Notes under the pieces: generated by a model
The model's input: the letters and a program-made list of their open reading frames with translations, nothing else
Told to the model about the DNA's origin: nothing
Databases searched by the model: none
Shown: in pieces, positions 56,600-64,000 of the stretch
Layout of the letters: each line of letters opens with the position of its first letter
Position numbering within the stretch: the stretch's first letter is position 1
DNA from: the human T2T-CHM13v2.0 reference genome, Homo sapiens
Strand: one strand, 5' to 3'
Assembly (NCBI RefSeq): GCF_009914755.1
Contig: NC_060934.1
Length of the DNA stretch: 64,000 nucleotides
Translations under genes and position numbers: made by a program

Positions 56600-57980
56600 A
56601 AAGGGTTTGAACTCCACTCCATCACCTCTGTCTCACCCACCAAAACCTCCCTAGAGCTGTTTTTCACAGCTTCCTCTCCTCGTTTCTGAGGAAGATAGGG
56701 CTTTCTTGCTTGCCAACACAAATCACTGTGCTCTGAATTTTACCTCCCTTCTGGATTTCAGTCCTTTTACCCCCTCTACATCTCTCCTCCATTTATAAAA
56801 GTGCTCAGAGATGCCCATTCTTTAAAATAAATACCTAAAAGAAAACAAAACCTTTCCCTTATTTTTGTTACTGCCCTAATCTAGTCTTATATCTCCTGCT
56901 TTCCTTTCACTGCCAGACGTCTTGGACTTGTGGTTTATAATCACATGGCTTCAGCTTTTGAAACTTGGCTTCTCTCCCTACCATCCTACTGAGAACTGTT
57001 CTCTAGAAGGTCACTGAGTCTCTTGTTTGTCAGATCCAGTGGCCTTTCCTCCGTTCTAATGCTCGAAATCTGTAGCATCTGACAATTTTTATTACCATGT
57101 GCTTCAGGCTCACTGTACCCTCGGCTTCCAGAACACCGTACTACCAGCTTCATCTCCTACCTTTCTGACCACTCCTCTTTTTTTTTCCTTCGGTAGTTCT
57201 TTCTTCCCCACTCCTGTGGCTTCCATACTAAATTCTACATAGAGAGCTCCCTGATGTTGATCTCCAGGATTGCCCTACACATTTCAGACCAGCATTTCCC
57301 CCACCAGCCATTCCCTTCCTCCTGAGTCCAGGATCTCCTGATTCAAGGGTCCACATCTCCTCTGACCCAGTTCCTCTCTTGCGTGTCCCACTGTTGCACA
57401 TACTGCCGTCACTCAGAGTTCACGGACTTTTTTTTTTTTTTTTTTTGGTGACAGGATCTTGCTCTCTTGCCCAAGCTGGAGTGCAGTGGCATGATTATAG
57501 CTCACTGCAGCCTTGAACTCCTGGGCTCAAGCAATTCTCCCTCCTCAGTCTCCTGAGTAGCCAGGACAACAGGTGTGAGCCACTGAGCCTGGCAGGTTAA
57601 AAATTATTTTTTGTAGCAATGGGGTCTCATTATGTTGCCCAGTTTGGTCTTGAATTCCTGGCCTCAAGCGATCTTCCACCTTGGCCTTCCCAAGTGCTAG
57701 AATTACAGGCATGAGCCACTGCTCCTGGCCCACTCTCTGACTTTTGATTCTTTCTTCTGCCTCAGAGTTAGTCACTGGCAAATTCTGAACATTGCACTGT
57801 CTCCCATTTCACTCTTGGCCCTCCTTTCCATTCCCACAGCTACTTTGGTTTTAGGTCCTTGTCTCTTCTCTGCCCCTGTTTCTACTTCTGCCCTCATTTG
57901 TCTCACAGACATTCCAGGTAAAGGTGGGCAGCTCCAATACTGGCACCTTCCTGCTCAAAACCTCTTTATGGCTTTCTACT
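56600..57980 (+). mobile_element. L2 LINE fragments
   Basis: CT-rich decayed L2 text (ccatcctactgagaactgttctctagaaggtcact; cctgctcaaaacctctttatggcttt). Confidence 0.65.
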
Positions 57981-58918
57981 GTTAATGGAACTACAGATCC
58001 ACAATTTTGCATGCAAAACTTTCACAAAAATGCAATATGGATTTATGAACTCTACAGTTAGTTTGGGAAAAACTGAAATGAAAGCCAGAACAAACTATCA
58101 ACAAAACTATACTGTCTCTACCCTTTACTACAAAGGTTTTTTTTTTTTTTGAGATAGGGTCCTGCTCTGTTGTCCAGGGTGTAGTGCAGTAGTGCCATCA
58201 TGGCTCACTGCAGCCTGGACCTCGCAGGCTCAAGCAATTCTCCTGCCTTGGCCTCCCAAAGTACTAGGATTAGAGGCATGAGCCACTGCACCCAGCCTAA
58301 TATAAGGTTTCTAAGAAAAGGAAATTAAAAACCCCAAAAAGACAGTGGATACTTTTTCCAAATGAAATATTTCTCAGAGTCCAGATAAACATAAGTAGAA
58401 TGTCAATTCGGTAGGTGTGCCAAACAGCCACCGTTCTGTAACTGTGACAATGCCCTCTGCTGTATTTATTGATGATATCTTTTTAATTCAAATATAGTGG
58501 AACATTTGACCATGGAATCAAGAGTTCTGTGTTCTGCTGGGCATGGTGGTATGTGCCTGTAATCCTAGCATTTTGGGAGGCAGAGGCAGGAGGATCGTTT
58601 GAATCCAGCAGTTCAAGATAAGCCTGGGCAACAAAGACTTTGTCTCTACTAAAAATTTAAAAATTAGCCCGGTATGGTGGTGCATGCCTGTAGTCCTAGC
58701 TACTGGGAAAGCCAAGGTGGGAGGATCACTTGAGCCCAGGAGTTTGAGGCTGCAGTGTGCTATGATTGCACCACTGCACTCCAGCCTGGGTAACAGAGTG
58801 AGATCTTGTTTTCACAAAAATAAAAAAATAAAAGAAATAAAGAGTTATGTGTTCCTGTTCGAATTGCAGAGTTAATTGGTCTAGCTCTTGTTAAGTCACT
58901 TAACATCTTTAGGCATTA

Positions 58919-59086
<168 letters not shown>

Positions 59087-59334
59087 TCATGAGGTCAGGA
59101 GATCAAGACCATCCTGGCTAATATGGTGAAACCCCGTCTCTACTAAAAAATACAAAAAAAAATTAGCCGGGCATGGTGGCGGGCGCCTGTAGTCCCAGCT
59201 ACTCAGGAGGCTGAGGCAGGAGAATGGCGTGAACCCGGGAGGTAGAGCTTGCAGTGAGCCAGGTTCGTGCTACTGCACTCCAGCCTGGGTGACGGAGTGA
59301 GACTCTGTCTCAAAAAAAAAAAATAAATAAATAA

Positions 59335-59942
<608 letters not shown>

Positions 59943-62099
59943 TAGTAGAGATGGGGTTTCACCATGTTGGTCAGGCTGGTCTCAAACTCCTGACTTCAGG
60001 TGATCCACCCACCTCGGCCTTCCAAACTGCTGGGATTACAAGGGTGAGCCACCGTGCCTGGCCATAATTACGGTTATTTCTGTCTTACTCTTTTCTCTAT
60101 GCTGTAGTTTCCTCACTAAGATGTGTCTTACCTTTGTAGGCTTCTTATTCATTGGTACATGATATTCACTATTTACTCAACTGAGGAAGGAGATAATAAA
60201 CTTTATCCCAGTGATATCCCATTTCCTTCCCAAAATAAACTACAACTCAAGCGAAACAAAAACACCTAATTCTGTGATTCCTGTTAGTTTGTAACTGAGA
60301 GGCTCTGCAGTCTGAATTCAGGAAGGGGAAGCTGGAGGAATTCAGGAGCTCTTAAAGAAAATATTTTCAAAGTTGAAATGTTGGCCTAACTATTGTTCTT
60401 AACATGGTAACATGGTGTTTGATCTGATCTACAATTGTGTTCATTATACGTTAATTATATATATAGCTCATATATATAAATATATATGAGAATGTATGTT
60501 AAGTTTTGCAGGCAAAAGACTTGCAATTTAAACTCAATTTATTGAATAAGTAATGTTGCTCTGGGCAGACAAGGATTGTCGAAAATCTCTACACTATAGG
60601 AATGGCTATGAGAATAAAATATGCCAGCGAAATATGTTGTTGGAGAGGGGAATCTATAAGATACAGCATCATTGTTTGCTGGCCATAGTGAAGCTAAACA
60701 CACATTCTTGACCACATTTATGCAAAGAGAAAGCCAGAACACCATGAATAGTTTTACTAAATGAAGTCCCATTCAAATTTTAAAAATCTGATTAAACTCT
60801 GAATAATGGTCCTCCTGTTGAACCTGAGGTATCCAACTGCTAAACGCCCTTTGGCAGTAGTATAGGTTTTCTCTAATAGATAACTTTTAAATTTACAGCT
60901 TTTAAAGAGTTGCTGTCTTTTATGATCTTTCAAATTCTTTCTTCTCCTCACAAAATTTTAAGCATGAAAACTACAAGGTAAAGTCCCACTGGGAAAAAAC
61001 AAAGCTCTCTAGCTAGAAAAATTTCCCATACTCATGGGGTTTTAACAAATGGCTGGCTTATTCTGGCTATTTGGTTACTTTTATAGTACAAAAAGAAAGA
61101 AATACACATATTCTGTTTAGAACTTGGTTCCAGGTGATTCTCCTAAGCAGTATTTTTTTCCATAGCTGTAATTTATCCTGGGCCTGAAGATAGGTAAGGC
61201 TTATTTACAGAAATAAGTCTTATTAGGAAAGGCTTATTTCTAATTTACAGATAAGGCAGCCATAAGAAGGTCGGATTTTCCCAAGACTAGAGCCAGGGAG
61301 TCCTGGAGGAGAGCAAGAGGCAAGCTCTCCATGACTTTTCATCGCGTGTCCATCTACGTACGCACACATGTACCATGCAGAAAGCAAAGAGAAATATACA
61401 CATACATCCATATACATGGATAGCCCCAGCAAAGGCAGGGGTAAAAATCGGACACTGCAAAACATAAATTTAAAAAATCAAACCATCACAAAGCACCTAG
61501 AGCTTTATCTTCCCTGGTGTTTTACGAAGAGCTTCAAAGTCCCTTAGAAAAAGTAAAGCAGCATCTAGGTTATAGGTAGATCACTTAGGATACGTGAGAC
61601 CTGGGGGTTAACTTAAAACTCTGGCGCATCTGTCGCAGAGAAGAGGCAAAGCGCGCGTCCAGACACCGCCGAGGACGCCCTCCAGGCCGCCGTCAGCCGG
61701 CGCCCCCGAGCGCCACGCACCCCGCGGCAGTCCAGCACCCTCAAGACCGCAGTCGGCCGCGGAAAGGAACGGGAACTGGGCCGACGCGCGCCGCCGACTC
61801 ACAATCAGGGCCGCGCGCCGGCTGACGTCACCCTGTGTCGACCAGCCCCCTGAGCCCGGAAAGAGGCGGTCGCTCATTGGCTGCGCCGGCGGCGGCCTCG
61901 GGGCCAATGACAGGGCGGCGAGCGGCGGGGTCTGGCCTTGACGTTGTGCCGCTCGCCGCGGGGTTTATTTGGCTCCGGGTCCCTCGGCCGCCGCCATTAG
62001 GGTCCGCAGCGCCCGCGGCCGCCTCCCACACCTCAGTGCCCCCGCCCCCCGGGGCTCCCCAGTCTCCGCGCCTCCTCTCTGCTCCTCTCCCCCGGCCTC

Positions 62100-62254
62100 C
62101 GGCAGCCGGGAGCCGCGCGCGGACCCTCGGAGACCATGTCCTGACTGAGGGGAGAGGGCGGAGGCGGCAGCAGCGGGGCGGGCGGCGGCGCGAAGGGAGG
62201 CGGAGAGGGGCCGGGCTCGACTCGTAGCCGCGGGCTGCGCGGGGAGTCGCCGCT

Positions 62255-62288
<34 letters not shown>

Positions 62289-62345
62289 AGCGCCCGTCGG
62301 ACGGGGAGGAGGAGCAGGAGCTGGAGGAGGAGCCGCCGCCGCCAG
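62100..62345 (+). other. Putative non-coding first exon (5' boundary uncertain) with splice donor CAG|GTAACC
   Basis: Purine/GCC-rich 5'UTR-like text downstream of the promoter motifs, ending at ccgccag|gtaacc. No long AUG-initiated ORF reaches the donor. Confidence 0.7.
62249..62287 (+). repeat. GCC/CGG trinucleotide repeat: GCC GCT (GCC)11
   Basis: 11 uninterrupted GCC units at 62255-62287. Confidence 0.98.
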
Positions 62346-63282
62346 GTAACCGGGCCCCGGGGGGCGCCCCACCGCGGCCTGCCGGGCCCCTCGCTCCCAG
62401 GCGGCGCCCAGGTTGCCGGGCCTCACGGGCTGTCCGCCCGCCCGGCGCCCCAGGGGCGACCGCGTCGCAGGCGCGGGGAGGGCAGGGGCCCGGGCCGCCG
62501 CTGTCGGCGCTTCCATCTTGGGCGCTCCGGTTGCGGGGACGGCCCGGGGGCTGTGGGAGGGCGGGTCCGCCCAGCTTGTTTACCGACCGCCGGCCGCCCG
62601 TGGCTGGACGCGGTGCCGGTCCCACCGCCGCTCTTCCGCCAGATTTCCCCACAACTTCTTTTCCTGCCGGAGACGGATCGGCGAGTGGGGTTTCGCTCCC
62701 ACTCCGCAATAGGCCGTAAACACTTGGGTCCATCGCCACAAGTTGGTTCTGGTGTCTCCAAACTTGTATTTCAGTCCCTCGGCCGCTTGCTTTCCACCTC
62801 CTGCGGTGGCCTCCAGTTGCCATTTGTAGGAAAATAAAGGTGGGGGACGACGAGGCGGGTGGGGAGGAGGAGCTGGAGCTAGTGGAAAGATTCGTCTACC
62901 CCTCCTGCTCGCAGTAACGAGTGTTCAGTGCAAGGATCTGTTTTTTCTCTGCTATGGTTTGGTGCGGGTCATTTCACAGACAAAAGAACTGTAGTGAATG
63001 CTGGCATTAAGCGCAAGGGACAGGCAGTTTAGGTTAAGCCTGGAAGTTTGAACCGGCCCATTATCTTTGAGATACACTGGTGTTTTGAAACTCTCTTGCT
63101 GAGGATATTGTATTTCAGTCAGTTGATTACCCTTTTCTGTAACTCCGTAGACTATCGATTTAAGCGCCGCCCCATCTTACCAGTATTTTGGTTTCACCGT
63201 GTTTATGATGATGTTAATAAATCTAATGTGCAAAAATACCGTTTTAGGAACACAATTGGAGATAATTTTTTTTTGTATTTGA

Positions 63283-63441
<159 letters not shown>

Positions 63442-64000
63442 TAGTAGAGATGGGGTTTCTCCATGTTGGTCAGGCTGGTCTCGCACCTCTGACCTCAGGT
63501 GATCTGCCCGCCTCGGCCTTCCAAAGTCCTGGATTATAGGCATGTGCCACCGCGCTTGGCCTGAGAGAAATCTTTAACTCTGGGACCTATTATATAATGA
63601 GTTATTTCTTTACCTGTGTGTTTTAGTTAACTTCTTTTATCACTTGTGCAGCATCCAGCAGTACCCCTGTTTTGGTCAAACATGGATGACTCAGTGTACA
63701 AACCATAAGCCAGGGGAAACCATAAGGAATTTTGATCTTGGCTTGTGCCAAGGCTCTTGGGAAAGTCATCTGAACTATGGGAGAAATAAAGCTGGATCTT
63801 GTCTCCTTGTTATTATTTTGAATTAAATGAGGGAATTCTAAAAAAATTTAGAATCCTATTGACTTTTGGCTCTAAAGATAGGCAGTCTCTTTATACTAAA
63901 ATTTCATAACATTGTTTTTATTGGGCTGTTGGGGGTTTACGAGATAGTAGGACAGTAATGACATTTTGCTCTTTTGAGGAGGATGTTATCTGAGTGTCAT

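Larger units (their letters stand above)
61640..62920 (+). promoter_or_regulatory. ZRANB1: CpG island / TATA-less promoter; probable upstream promoter of ZRANB1
   Basis: Very high GC and CpG density. Full CRE TGACGTCA 61823-61830, CCAAT boxes 61876-61880 (inverted) and 61904-61908, half-CRE 61939, YY1-like CCGCCATT 61991 and CCATCTT 62513, GC boxes. The island itself is certain; the gene name is inferred from recalled synteny with an NPM1 pseudogene ~50 kb upstream. Confidence 0.65.

Noticed and set aside
60467-60490. Short hairpin ctcatatatat-aa-atatatatgag
   Set aside because: A (TA)n core is self-complementary by nature; too short to suggest a pre-miRNA or MITE.
61828-62823. 331-aa minus-strand ORF with poly-Ala, plus other long ORFs over the CpG island
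   Set aside because: Stop codons are scarce in very GC-rich DNA, several frames on both strands are open, composition is low-complexity R/G/A/P, and no domain is recognisable.

Overview
Human (primate) euchromatic, gene-poor sequence with about 90 Alu copies or fragments by hand count. These sit in older L1M, L2, MIR, hAT (MER5A, Charlie, MER45, MER63) and LTR remnants. No protein-coding exon can be supported, and nearly all ORF-track entries are Alu-derived or GC-bias artefacts. Firm landmarks: (1) a disabled processed NPM1 pseudogene at ~12489-13738, copied from the minor B23.2 isoform and carrying an expanded acidic tract; (2) an LTR10-type solo LTR at 26328-27676 with a 5-bp TSD, interrupted by a double-tailed L1PA/unique-sequence chimera; (3) a CpG-island promoter at ~61640-62920 with a non-coding first exon containing (GCC)11 and a donor after 62345. 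From memory, and unverified, this layout matches human 10q26.13 (NPM1P31, then the upstream promoter of ZRANB1). The least-explained structure is a ~290-bp inverted duplication (8726-9362 vs 11927-12224, ~90% identical) bracketing a 2.56-kb segment that holds a frame-symmetric candidate exon with a C2HC zinc-finger-like motif. I found no evidence of a novel multi-gene system; the interesting signals are rearrangement and retrotransposition signatures.
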